A DNA stretch of 64,000 nt from Octopus sinensis (taxonomy: Eukaryota). The position numbers and the translations under genes were made by a program. Below, in pieces: positions 52,401 to 63,223 of the stretch. The stretch is from assembly GCF_006345805.1 (NCBI RefSeq), contig NC_043002.1:5332001-5396000 (forward strand), given 5' to 3'. Every line of letters begins with the position of its first letter. Positions within the stretch are counted from its first letter, which is position 1. A model generated the notes under the pieces. It had not been told where the DNA came from and ran no database searches. It worked only from the letters and a program-made list of their open reading frames with translations.

Positions 52401-55400
52401 GAATATTTTTAATAAAATAGGATAGAATCATAAAGCCAGGACATGATGTCTTTTAGACACAATTAGAAGAGCTTCACATAGAATACTTTGTGGTATTTGT
52501 TCTGGTTCCCAGTTCAAATACTGGGGTCAATACTGGGGTCAATTATTCTGTTTCTTTTTTGCCCTCAGCATCAGCTACATCACAATGTATGAAGGGTTGA
52601 GTACTCAGTGCCCCTTTCTCACTCAGTTGTGTGAGTATATGTTGTTGGAACTGCCTGAGAGCAAGTTGATGTGCAGTGTGGCTTGGAATGAAAATAAGAA
52701 AGAAAAATATTTTTTTTATAGCTGGTTACATTTTATACATGTCCTCTGCATCCAACAGGCCCGGATCTGTTGGACACACCTTTCCTTTCACTTGTTGTCT
52801 TTACTGTATCTCACTTCCTACACCCTACATTAAAACCTCTTTTTACTTAGCAGCCATGTGGCTTCAATTTCAGTTCCACTAAACGACATGTAGGACAAGT
52901 GCTTTCTGCTGATTTTCAGTGCTTTGTTCCAATGTTCTGATGGGATAAACTTGTAGGAACAAGGCAAAGTATTGACTCTTTTAAGATTTGAACTGTAGAG
53001 GTTTCTTCATCGGCTCAAGAAGCCACTAAAAAAGTTATGGCACACTGTCAGATTTTTTTTTAATGTTATTATATAAAACATGATTATTATTATTGTTTTA
53101 AAACAAAGATAACTAGGTGAGGACATGGGGTGGGTGATTAAGAACTTTGCTTTACAACCATGTCATCTCAGGCTCAGTTCCACTAAGGGTAAGTCTTTTA
53201 TGAGTGAATCTGGTAATCATTATCATCATCATCATTTAACATCTGTTTTCCTATGCTGGCATGGATTGGACTTGGTAACAAGGGTTGGTAAGTGGAAACT
53301 AAACAAAGCCTATTATGTGTGTGTGTGTGTATGTTTATGTGAATATTTACATTCTATGCTCACATGAAAGATCACTGAACTACAAAAGGTGTTCTATCTT
53401 ATTATTTATCAGTCAACAAACTACTCGGTAGTTCTGCACTTTCAAAGACAAGTGGAATGAAAACTCACTTCAAAGACACAGGTGAGCGCTAGTGACAGAA
53501 AAATCATCTGACTATTAAAACAAATCAATTAATATGTATTCATCAAACCCATGCTAGCAAGGAAAAATGGACATAAAACTAAACAAAGACTGTTGCATGC
53601 TTTGTACTTTTACTACAAAGGAATTCACATGCTCCAATGCATCAAGAATGTGCATTAAAAACACTCAGTTTCTAAAAATCCAGACATTTTTTGGATTTAG
53701 TTTAATAACTCAGGGCACACCTATGGATCACAGGTAAAAATAAGTTATGGGATTGTGGTTGAAAATGCTTGTGGCCAAAGAAATAAAGATGTCAGTACTT
53801 ACCAAATAATGCAAATCCTGGTGGACAACCTCCAGTTAAAACGGTTTCATGATGTTTATCTGAAATTTCATGGTTGTCTTGTCCTTTGCAAAGAGCAGGA
53901 ATTAAAGCATAGCAGTTGATAGTGCGCCATTTTCCTGCAGAGAAAGATTAGAGACTAAAAGAGAAGGACAGAAAGTGTGTGGAATTCATATTGATTTCTT
54001 ATATAGACAGAAAACAACAAATTTATAGTTGCTATTGTTGTTGCTTAACCCCTGGTCATTTCTGATCAAACAGACCTATGCTGAGAGGTGTTCTGGTTAT
54101 AAATATCTCATCTTATTTTCAGACAATGTGTTCCTAAGAATATCAGCAATGTCAGTTATTTACACTGTGTTCCATATAAATGCACGCTATTTATATATAG
54201 GCGCAGGAGTGGCTGTGTGGTAAGTAGCTTGCTTACCAACAACATGGTTTTGGGTTCAGTCCCACTGCGTGGCACCTTGGGCAAGTCTTTTCTACTATAG
54301 CCTCGAGCTGACCAAAGCCTTGTGAGTGGATTTGGTAGACGGAAAATGAAAGAAGCCCGTCATATATATGTATATGTATATATCTATCTATATATATATA
54401 TGTGTGTGTATGTGTGTTTGTGTGTCTGTGTGTTTGTGTGTCTGTGTTTGTCCTCACCAACATCGCTCGACAACCGACGCTGGTGTGTTTATGTCCCTGT
54501 AACTTAGCGGTTCAGCAAAAGAGACCGATAGGATAAGTCTAAGGCTCCCTGCAAATGGTTTTAATCCAAAGTGTCTTCTAATCCAGTATTTACAAGCTAT
54601 TATTCATAGCTTTATCTGCTTTGAGTTCCACTAATAAAAATAAATTCTTTTTTTTATATTTCTATCAATAAAAGCATTTCAACTGCAACCAACCCCAACC
54701 TGAAACTCTAACCATAAATCATAAAATCTTAACCAACAATCATCGTCATCATCATCGTTGTCGTTTAACGTCCGCTTTCCATGCTAGCATGTGTTGGATG
54801 GTTTGACTGTGGGCTGGCGAACCAGATGGCTGCACCAGGCTCCAGTCTTGATCTGGCAGAGTTTCTACAGCTGGATGCCCTTCCTAACTGTAGAAACTCT
54901 GCCAGATCAAGACTGGAGCCTGGTGCAGCCATCTGGTTCATATTTCATAAATTGTATTAGATTATATTTAGTATTACTGCATGAACTATGAAATTTTGTG
55001 CATGTGCAAAGCCAAAATAAGTGGCCCATCTGTTGCTTTTGTTTTGAAAATTTTCTGTTTTGGACAGAAAATTCCAAGATATCCCCACCCCTTTTCTTTT
55101 TTTAATGGACATAGATAGATACAGGCATGACTGTGTGGTTAAGCAGTTCACTTCCCAATTGCATGGTTTTCAGCTCAGTCCCAGTGCGCGGCTCCCTGGA
55201 CAGGTGTCTTTAATTGTAGCCCCAGGCAAGCCAAAGCTTTGTGAGTATATTTGGTAGATGGAAACTGAAAGGAGACTGTTGTATATACACACACACGTGT
55301 GTGTACAACAGTTTCCTTTCAGAGTACACACACACACACACATACACACACATGTGTGAATGTATGCATGCTTGTGTGAGTGTCTGTGTCTGTCTACTTC

Positions 55401-57106
55401 TCATTCACTTATCTTGAAAACAGGAAAAGCAAGGGTTGGTGACAGGAAGGGCATCCATAATTAAAATAATGTCTCAAACATATTAGTTTAACCCATTCAA
55501 CAAGGACAACATTACCATCCTTTTAATACAATATGCTCCCTGCAGATTTATGCTCAATGGTACTTTAGCCTCAACCTTCCTATGTTTTTGTATATAAGGG
55601 GAAAATTGTCTAATGTAAGTTTTTTTTTATATTTTACACATTAAAGAGATTTATTTACTATTTTTTCTAGCATGTTGAGTAAGGTTTCTATTCAGCCAAT
55701 CTACAGCTGAATAAATACTTACTTGTACTTGTGGCGATATTCACCCTGGGCAGGTTGAGTTGGCTTCTTCTACCACCCTCAAGGCATCTCAAACCATGGC
55801 AGCCCACGCACGACGGTCCTGCGCCAGTTCACTGGAGATAGCAAGCCAGTCACGGTTCCATCGGCGCAGGCCGATGTTGCCGTTGTATTCGCCATTGAGA
55901 ATTCATGGAAGAGGTTGAATAAATGCCTTAGCATAACGTTACTGGCTTATCTATGCTGCTTGTTGGCTCACCTCTACATACAGGTCAATTGCAATACAGC
56001 TATGTCCACTCACTGTCCCTTCTACCACTACTATGATAGTCTCTTCTCTGAACTAACAGGCTGTGTACTATCCCAGCTCCAGCTAATCTAATTAGCTTAA
56101 CTGAGCCTACTCTCTTTATTGCATCTGTGTCTCATAACATTGATTCAATTCAGAGTGTTACAGGCAAAGTTGAATGATTAAAAAATTCAGTTTATAACCA
56201 CATAGTCCCAGGTTCAATTCCTCAGATATTACTTATGAGGGGAATTTGGGAGATAATAACTGTGCAGAATGTTATATTGATTGGAAATAGGAAGGGCATC
56301 TGGCTATAAAAAAATCTGCCTTAACAAATTTTGTCTGATCCATGCAAGCATGGAAAAGCAGATGTTAAACTGATAATGATTTTTGCTGATATATATACAC
56401 TTCAGAAATATATACATACATATGAATAGGCTATAAACTGCAAGGTGTATATCTGATTATAAAGTGATTACTTGTGTGTGTGTGTGTGTGTATGCGTCTT
56501 TCTCTCTTTCTGTAATGTATATATCAGCAAAAATGTAAAGGTCAACGTGAAAACAAATAAAAACAATGTTTTCAAATAAAGTCCCCTTGCAATATTTATT
56601 CTGTTATTAGTAACGTTACAGGCCAGTCGTTGGCCAGTTGGAAAAGACCAACCAATGACTGCATTGCTTAGAAAATGCAATACAAATTAAATAAATGATA
56701 AAATAAATATTTTCCTCAACTTTTGATTTCCAGAAGTGCAATGTTCTAGAACCTCTTTGTTGTTTCCGTTTCCCTACCAAATATTGGTGCTGAAAAGTTC
56801 ATCTGCATCATACAGAGACAGCAAGGGATGCTCAGTCTGCGTGTGGCCTTTCATGACTTCTCGTATATCGTGTGCACTGTTATGACCATTTATTTGTACT
56901 TGTGTCAATGTTTATCTGAGCTCCACCCAGTGAATTCACAGGTGTGCATTCATTAGTGAAGTTCTCCTTTGAAATGTAATTTCCACAAGGCTTCCCAAAA
57001 CAAGCATAAGGTCATGGTTATATAAGCATTATAGTCCTTTTACTAAAATTTGCAATGTGCTCTTTAGACCTGGCTAAAATGTATTTTTATGATTTACTTT
57101 GTGTAA

Positions 57107-57204
<98 letters not shown>

Positions 57205-58629
57205 ATTATATTTGTTAGGGAATAAAAATTCCGGCATAACAGGGGTTCAAATTATTCTCAATGAAAAAATATATATTTTCATTTAGAGATAGTAGGCCCC
57301 TTCATCTCACCATATAAAAAAGAATTTTTATTTTAAATACCTACTGTTTTATAACTTGGCTACAAGTGTTTCATGAGGTACATTTCCCGGTTCCTAAACC
57401 ACTCCGTGTTTTGCTGGAACCCTTCTTAAAATGTAACCCCAATCATCAGACCCTTATATCACTTTATCATCGTTCAATACTATAAACTATATTTTAATTT
57501 TTTAAAACCCATAATTATGTGTAAAATAGGTACATGTAAATTAGGTTCGCTGGACCCTACAGTACAAGCCATAATTCAGATAAAAATTCAAATAAAAAAT
57601 TACAAAAATTACAAAAAAAAAAGAAATACAAATGCTAAAAAAAAAGCACCCACTACACTCATGGAGTGGTTGGCATTAGGAAGGGCATCCAGCTGTAGAA
57701 ACACTGCCAGATCAGACTGGAGCCTGGTGCAGCCTCCTGTCGAACTGTCCGACCCATGCTAGCATGGAAAACGGACGTTAAATGATGATGATGATGATGA
57801 TGATGTTGCTTTTATGACAATGACTCACATTTACTGCTGTCATATGAGGTCAAGACAAGGAGACAAGAAAACACACACACACACACACAATGGACTTCTT
57901 TCAGGTTCCTTCTACTAAATTCTCTCATGAGATTTTGGTTGACCTGGGGCTGTCCAAAATGCCACACAATGGGACTGAACCTGAAACCATATTGTTGGGA
58001 AGCAACCAGCTTAGCCACACATCCATGCCTGCATCTTAAATGTAAAATATGAGGTGAATATAAAATATATTACCAATTTTTAGGTACAAAAATTAGGCCA
58101 TATTGTACTAAAGTATATACAGATAAACATTAGAAAAAACAAAGGAATTGGTAGTGGGGCTCTGAAAGGGGTCTTAGGGAGTAGCGTCCCTGCCTTCCTG
58201 AGCTAGTTTTCCACCACATTTCTTAAAAATTGTGGTAGAGGCCTTGGTCACGGGACCGCTCATGTCTAGAAACTGAGGTAGGGGGTAAGCAAGGACATGC
58301 TCCCTGTAGAAAATCAAGCTCCCAAAAAGCTTCATGAAAGGAAGGGAGAATGGGCATCAGCCAAAGATTGCGGTGGACTGACTGCACCTGCCTACTTTGG
58401 TTGCTATAGCATTGAGGTAGATCCCCCCTACTGCATTAACGGGGACAAAACCTGGATTTAAAATATTGGATGATGATGATGATGATAAAGAAAGGTAGTA
58501 TCATATAAAGAACATTGATGTTGTGACTGACCTGACATCGTATCCAAAATGGTACATGGGTTCTTATAGATGTCGCTTGGTTCTCCTTCATCCCAGTTTG
58601 TGTAATCTATTTCAGAACCATCAGCCCAT
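32179..58629 (-). CDS. MRC1-like: Multi-C-type-lectin-domain type I membrane receptor (macrophage mannose receptor-like), 5'-partial. Exons: 58532-58629, 53803-53934, 51442-51570, 50560-50714, 46939-47035, 44827-45068, 42315-42471, 40006-40263, 37956-38153, 37239-37304, 33808-33873, 32179-32366
   Basis: All 12 exons have AG/GT boundaries with matching phases. They translate to one half and three complete CTLDs (WIG motifs, conserved Cys pattern), a stalk, a hydrophobic TM segment and a tail with FLNSLY. Orthology is not established. Confidence 0.88.
33808..33873 (-). CDS. Stalk exon, copy 2 (identical to copy 1)
   Basis: Same sequence and splice sites as 37239-37304; lies inside the 1.34 kb duplication. 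Confidence 0.65.
33982..34202. mobile_element. piggyBac-type MITE, family 1 (also ~37413-37632 and 58873-59093)
   Basis: ttaa|ccctttag ... ctaagggg|ttaa: TTAA target duplication and CCC ... GGG ends. Confidence 0.7.
36472..37813 (+). repeat. Intragenic duplication, copy B
   Basis: Near-identical to 33041-34383; offset 3431 bp. Confidence 0.95.
37239..37304 (-). CDS. Stalk exon, copy 1 ([21 protein letters not shown])
   Basis: ttttctacttccag|TG TTA ... CCG G|gtaatt; 66 nt, phase 1 to 1, in frame with both neighbours. Confidence 0.75.
37956..38153 (-). CDS. CTLD exon ([16 protein letters not shown] ... [29 protein letters not shown])
   Basis: ttgcag|GA ATC ... CAA T|gtaagt; 198 nt; read by hand. 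Confidence 0.88.
38293..38512. mobile_element. piggyBac-type MITE, family 2 (also 61654-61872)
   Basis: ttaa|ccctttcattac ... gtaacgaaaggg|ttaa. Confidence 0.75.
39068..39102 (-). ncRNA. Minimal hammerhead relic, core mutated
   Basis: GUUU CCAACGA A GAGC UCC GCUC GAAAC GUU AAGC; U4 and G5 are substituted. Confidence 0.45.
39236..39298 (+). ncRNA. Type I hammerhead ribozyme, intact core
   Basis: CCAUG CUGAUGA U GGCUG [inner UUUCC/GGAAA] CAGCU GAAAC UAAUUA GUA CAUGG; perfect stem I; perfect palindromic helix III ACUAAUUAGU; predicted cut after 39293. Confidence 0.8.
39473..39816 (-). mobile_element. tRNA-derived SINE (family D) inserted in (TA)n
   Basis: Head ggcgcatggctcagtggttagagcg ... 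gagctcgaatcccgg; central gttcttgagcaaggcactttatttcacgttgctccagttcactcagctg resembles the V/Meta-type SINE domains. Confidence 0.75.
40006..40263 (-). CDS. CTLD exon ([30 protein letters not shown] ... [20 protein letters not shown] ... IWIGLSLKS)
   Basis: tttacag|GG AAG ... TCA G|gtgagt; 258 nt; CPxxW ... CY ... WIGL. Confidence 0.92.
42315..42471 (-). CDS. CTLD exon ([52 protein letters not shown])
   Basis: ctttacag|AAA CAA ... TAT G|gtatga; 157 nt; W-S-D ... Y-T-x-W ... C ... W ... C ... FICK; read by hand. Confidence 0.9.
44827..45068 (-). CDS. CTLD exon ([15 protein letters not shown] ... [20 protein letters not shown] ... FWIGARKRG)
   Basis: ttattcag|AT GCC ... CGT GGT|gtaagt; 242 nt. 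Confidence 0.92.
45253..45454 (+). mobile_element. Severely 5'-truncated copy of the LINE at 11-3950 (3' end only)
   Basis: Close reverse-complement match to ~30-230; ends gaaactagaatcaatc; flanked by (TA)n. Confidence 0.9.
46186..46271 (+). ncRNA. Hammerhead relic (C15.2 to A)
   Basis: GUGG CUGAAGA U UGC ... CAUUUU/AAAAUG ... GCA U GAAA AAAUU GUA CUAC; helix III is one substitution away from the palindrome ACAAUUGU. Confidence 0.5.
46508..46597 (-). ncRNA. Hammerhead with single core lesion (G12 to A)
   Basis: GCUGUCU CUGAAGA GCA ... UGC AAAAC CAAUUG GUA AGAUCAGC; 7-bp stem I with one bulge; perfect palindrome ACCAAUUGGU. Confidence 0.65.
46939..47035 (-). CDS. CTLD exon ([32 protein letters not shown])
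   Basis: tatacag|AGC TGC ... CGA G|gtattg; 97 nt; C ... G-x-W ... C ... YIC pattern. Confidence 0.88.
48160..48645 (+). mobile_element. (GAT)n-tailed retroposon with 5' tandem array (family E)
   Basis: Core ggcacgtaaaaagcacccactacactc ... ggagtggttggcgttaggaagggcatccagctgtagaaa ... catggaaagcggacgttaaacgatgatg. Copies near 24417-24680, 35010-35300, 35638-35935, 43230-43710, 44030-44330, 50770-51030, 54740-54940, 57640-57805, 59505-59875, 60610-60800, 61890-62055 and 62284-62510. Confidence 0.8.
49098..49165. mobile_element. 68-bp hAT-type MITE
   Basis: 16-bp perfect TIR caggggtgggcaaact; perfect 8-bp TSD ccatagag at 49090-49097 and 49166-49173. Confidence 0.9.
49469..49774 (+). mobile_element. 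tRNA-derived SINE (family B2): same head as 7722-8067, different body
   Basis: Head gaggcacatggcctagtggttagagcagcggac ... ggttcaaatctc; (AAAC)n tail; ~14-bp TSD attttaattttgtg. Confidence 0.8.
50560..50714 (-). CDS. CTLD exon ([52 protein letters not shown])
   Basis: ttttgcag|CT TTC ... GGT ACA|gtgagt; 155 nt; WIG motif. Confidence 0.9.
51305..51350 (+). ncRNA. Second copy of the minimal hammerhead at 22723-22768, with stem lesions
   Basis: GACAC CUGAAGA A GGCUG ... CAGAC GAAAC AUU GUGUU; flanks (51270-51390) match the 22680-22800 element. Confidence 0.6.
51442..51570 (-). CDS. CTLD exon ([43 protein letters not shown])
   Basis: cag|GT AAT ... CAA G|gtaaac; 129 nt; C-F ... W-x-x-A-x-x-x-C ... 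LASI pattern. Confidence 0.9.
53803..53934 (-). CDS. CTLD end plus linker exon ([44 protein letters not shown])
   Basis: ctgcag|GA AAA TGG ... TTT G|gtaagt; 132 nt, phase 1 to 1; not in the ORF track, read by hand. Confidence 0.88.
55715..55900 (-). mobile_element. RTE LINE 3' fragment
   Basis: Translates to [40 protein letters not shown], similar to the end of ORF 12131-12622; (caagta)n tail. Confidence 0.8.
57358..57453 (-). ncRNA. Type I hammerhead with long branched stem II, sense to the receptor pre-mRNA
   Basis: GGGU CUGAUGA U UGGGG U UACAUUU ... GGUUCC/GGAACC ... AAAUGUA CCUCA U GAAAC ACUU GUA GCC. An inverted sister element at 60838-61080 lacks the CUGAUGA part. Confidence 0.65.
58532..58629 (-). 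CDS. CTLD exon ([32 protein letters not shown])
   Basis: ctag|A TGG ... TCA G|gtcagt; 98 nt, phase 2 to 1; W-x-D-G ... Y-x-N-W ... EP motif. Confidence 0.88.
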
Positions 58630-61600
58630 CTAGTTTTATGAAAGAAAACAGTAGGAGATATTTCAGGTGTACAGCAGTAAAACAGGAGAATATTGGAATA
58701 TGACAGCAGAATAGTAAACAAAAATAGAATAGAAAATTGAGCAAGAGAACAGTAGAATAGTAGAATAAAATAGTAGAATAATAAAAGAAGAATAGACAAC
58801 AGTAGAATAACAGAATAGTAGAATATGGAGAAGATTAGAATAAACACTTTTTCAGGACTTTGAGACTATTAACTCTTTAGCATTTAAACCAACCATATCT
58901 GGCCAAAAGTATTCTGCCTGTTTTATGTTCAAACTGGTCAGATCTGGTCTCTCACACCAACCCTACAATATCGTTTTAAAAATTAACAGCTACCTCATCA
59001 AAATCTCATAGCTACAAGATAATGCATGATTACTTCAAAACAATGTAGATGAAAAAGGATTAATTTTGGCAGAATAATGCGAACACTAAAGGGTTAAAAT
59101 GGAAGGAGGTTGTCTGGTATGAATTCATGATGTGGGTAGTTGGCAGTGTTAAACTGGATGACCAATTAAGTAACTGTCTAAGAATAGGAATGATTCCTCT
59201 GATGAGCTTAGCCACAATTTCTTTGTCCAAATATCACTGTCAAGGCTTTGCTCAAAGTGTCACAAAAAATTGAGATGAATTCCTAATTCACGCAGCCATG
59301 CTTGAACCTATTGGCAGCAGTAAGATTTAGCACCATACCACAAATGGCAAGATCCCTAAGTTAAAAATTGCATTGCTGTTGTTGTTATTTACCTTCGATT
59401 TAGCCATGATTACACCGATTTAAAATTAAAGGTATCATACCTTGATCACCCAAATTTTTCCTTTTTAAGAAAACAATGTATCTAGACCCACATTATATAA
59501 TCAATTTTGTTTTGGCCTCCCTATCGTGGCCGTTGCCAGCCTCCCCTGGCACCTGTGCTGGTGGCATGTAAAAAGCACCATCCGTATGTGGTCGATGCCA
59601 GTGCCACCTTGACTGGCTTCTGTGCCGGTGGCATGTAAAAAGCACCAACTACTAATCGTGGCCGTTGCCAGCCTCCCCTGGCACCTGTGCCAGTGGCACG
59701 TAAAAAGCACCCACTACACTCATGGAGTGGTTGGCGTTAGGAAGGGCATCCAGCTGTAGAAACACTGCCAGATCAGAATGGAGCCTGGTGCAGCCTTCTG
59801 GCTTCCCAGACCCCGGTCGAACCATCTAACCCATGCTAGCATGGAAAGCGGACGTTAAACGATGATGATGATGCAAAAAACAACAAGGAAAAAGGTAAGA
59901 GAATGAAATATTAATTTTCAGGTAGAATATGTAGAGGTTATATTATTATTAAGATTGCATAATACTTGCATGAATACATTAAAATATAAAATGTGCATTG
60001 ATGTAAGATATACACAGAAGTAATATGTGCAATGAAGATTTGGCTACTATTTATAACAGGTCAAGCACTTATGTAAAGGTTCCTTGGTTAGCAAGATCAA
60101 AACTTTGTTGTAAACCTAAATATTTTTCACCGTCTTAATCAATTAAATACCAGTTATCAAACTCACTCAACAGTTGAGGGATGACTTATAGGAGAAAAGT
60201 AACTTCTAGATGTTGCAAAATAACTGAGTCAGCCCTTTCTCCAGATAGAGGATGGAACTAATGATGATGATATTATTGTTATATTTTGGGATGATCAATT
60301 TTTTTTTCCCCCAAGTTACCACATTCACTATATACTCATTCATCACTTCAGCTTTATTATCTTTATTATTTTAGTGTCCTTTGTCTGGAAACCTTTGTCA
60401 CACATCATGTGACCTCCCCGGTGACTCTCCATCCATGTGTCTCCTGTCCTGTTCAGTTCATTCTCGAGTCTGGATGTTCAGTTCATTCTCCAGATGTGTG
60501 ATGAAGGATTTCCAGGCAAAAGACACCAAATTGAGAATAATAGTAAAGTTGAAGTGAAGAATGAGGACATAGTGCATATGGTTATATATATATATAATAT
60601 ATATATATATAGGCACGTAAAAAGCACCCACTACACTCACGGAGTGGTTGGCATTAGGAAGGGCATCCAGCCGTAGAAACACTGCCAGATCAGACTGGGC
60701 CTGATGCAGCCTTCTGGCTTCACAGACCCCAGTTGAACCGTCCAACCCATGCTAGCATGGAAAGCGGACGCTAAACGATGATGATGATGATGATGATGAT
60801 TTAGAGATAGTAGGCCCCTTCATCTCACCATATATATGGGGTTATATTTTAAGAATGGTCCAGCAAAACACGGCGTGGTTTAGGAACTGGGAAATGTACC
60901 TCATGAAACACAAGTAGCCAAGTTATAAAGTAGTAGGTATTTAAAATAAAAATTCTTTTTTATATGGTGAGATGAAGAGGCCTGCTATCTCTAAATGAAA
61001 ATATATATTTCTTCATTGAGAATAATTTGAACCCCTGTTATGCCGGAATTTTTATTCCCTAACAAATAAAATTAAATATATATAAAATTATCAATCTGAA
61101 ATATAACAATATCTGCTTCAATACACAATTTCACATCAGGAATCTTGCAAAGGAAATACATAAGCGATGATAATATTGTTGATTGAATTAAATAGTCATA
61201 GATACATCATGGCTTCTGTAACAACAAGATGACCATAGTGTGACACCTTTGATCCTAGATCATGACTGGTTTGGAGATAAATAACAACAGCAATAATATA
61301 GTTTTGCCTTCATATCAATTATCCACCATATGGCTCTGACTGAGCAGACCTATGTTCACAAGCAGTCCTTCCATGACTACCCCATGTAGGAGGTTCAGAA
61401 GCTTGCTTTCCGATCACATGGTTTTAGGTTCGGTTCTACTGAGTGATGCCTCAGGCAAGTGTCTTCTATCAAACCCTGGGTTGACTATAGCCTTGTGAAT
61501 GGATTTGGTAGACAGAAACCGAATGAAGCCTGTTATATATAAAGTTAAAAGGTTACACATGAGTAAATATTTATTAAAAAAAGTAAGAAGAAAATGCTTT

Positions 61601-62055
61601 GAAAACTTTCATGGAAAATAGAAAGGAAATATTTAGCCATTTCAGTTGTTTAACCCTTTCGTTGCCGTATTTATTTTGAGATGCTCTGTGTTTCTTTCGA
61701 TTACTTTAAATATAACAAAGAATTTAGTAAAATAACTCAGTTATCATTCAGCTAGTGTTAGGAACATAAATTGTGACTAAGGTTTGGTGGAAGATTTTAA
61801 TTCAAAACTTATGAAAAAAAACATTTGTACTCAGAGCCAGAGCCGGTTTCAGCCGGGTTGGTAATGAAAGGGTTAAGACCAAAACCAGAACTCCTTACAG
61901 AATGGTTGGCATTAAGGAAGTGCATTCAGCTGTAGAAACCATGACAAATCTGATTATAGCCTGGTACAGCCTTCCAGCTTACCAGCTCTGGTCAAACCAT
62001 CCAACTCCATGCCAGCATGGATGACAGATGTTAAATGATGATGATGATGATGATG

Positions 62056-62086
<31 letters not shown>

Positions 62087-62282
62087 TATGCGTGTGAGCA
62101 CCTTGTCTTAACATCATGTGATGCATTACTTTCATACAAGCAATGTTGTTCTTTTCTGGTCTTCCACAGGAAAAACATCGAGCCAAGGAAAATATTACTT
62201 TACTTGGAAAAGGTGACAGGTGGTGACAGGAAGGACATTTCTATGTTGAAAACCTGACTCAACAAATTCTGTCTGATACATG

Positions 62283-62313
<31 letters not shown>

Positions 62314-63186
62314 GTTTAACGTCCGCTTTCCATGCTAGCATGGGTTGGACAAGTTTGACTGAGGGCTGGCGAACCAGACAGCTGCACCAGGCTCCAATCT
62401 TGATCTGGCAGAGTTTCTACAGATGGATGCCCTCCGTAACGCCAACCACTCCGAGAGGGTAGTGGGTGCTTTTTACATGTCACGGACATCAAATGATGAT
62501 GATGATGATTCTATATCGAGCACCACATTATCCAACACTTGCCTTTTCAAAGACTACAGAAAGTGGTTCGACTGAAATTTGGTTGCTATTTCTAGCAGAA
62601 CAAGCAGTCTAATAGAATTTTGCTCATTCTTAATCCCCAATGATTTTTGGCATCATTTTTGGCACAGTTCCATGAAATAGTCATCTGCAGCAGGTGAGAT
62701 GCAGAACAAAATAGAGATTGGACATTCTCTATTTCTTTTCCCTCCCACTGGAATTAAATGCTGTGATGGCATGGCATAAATTAGACACTTTGCTTTGAGC
62801 GTTTCTTTCTTGTATGAAAGTTTAATGACAACTGAAATAAAAATCCATTAATCCTTTTGATACCAGTCCGCTTGGGACTGGCTCTGATTCTATTAGACAA
62901 AACTTTTAGTTTTAAAGTGCTCACAGTTTTAAATTATCACCTTCTATCATAATTTTATTTTACTCACTTTTGTTAATATATTCTCCAAACACCCACATGA
63001 TAAATGAAACAGTTAATTTACTAAATCCTGCTAGATCATTAATTATTTTCAAAATTAATTGAAGCACTAAATAGGTGGCACATTTCATTATAAGAATAGT
63101 CATGAAAATGTTAAAACGTTCAATAAATGTTTTCAGCAACCAACCAACCAACCATCCAACCAACCATCAACCAACCAGCAAACCAA

Positions 63187-63223
<37 letters not shown>

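Noticed and set aside
62560-62690. Possible upstream receptor exon (MTISWNC ... HWGL)
   Set aside because: No CTLD cysteine pattern and no phase-2 donor; the missing 5' exons probably lie outside the window.
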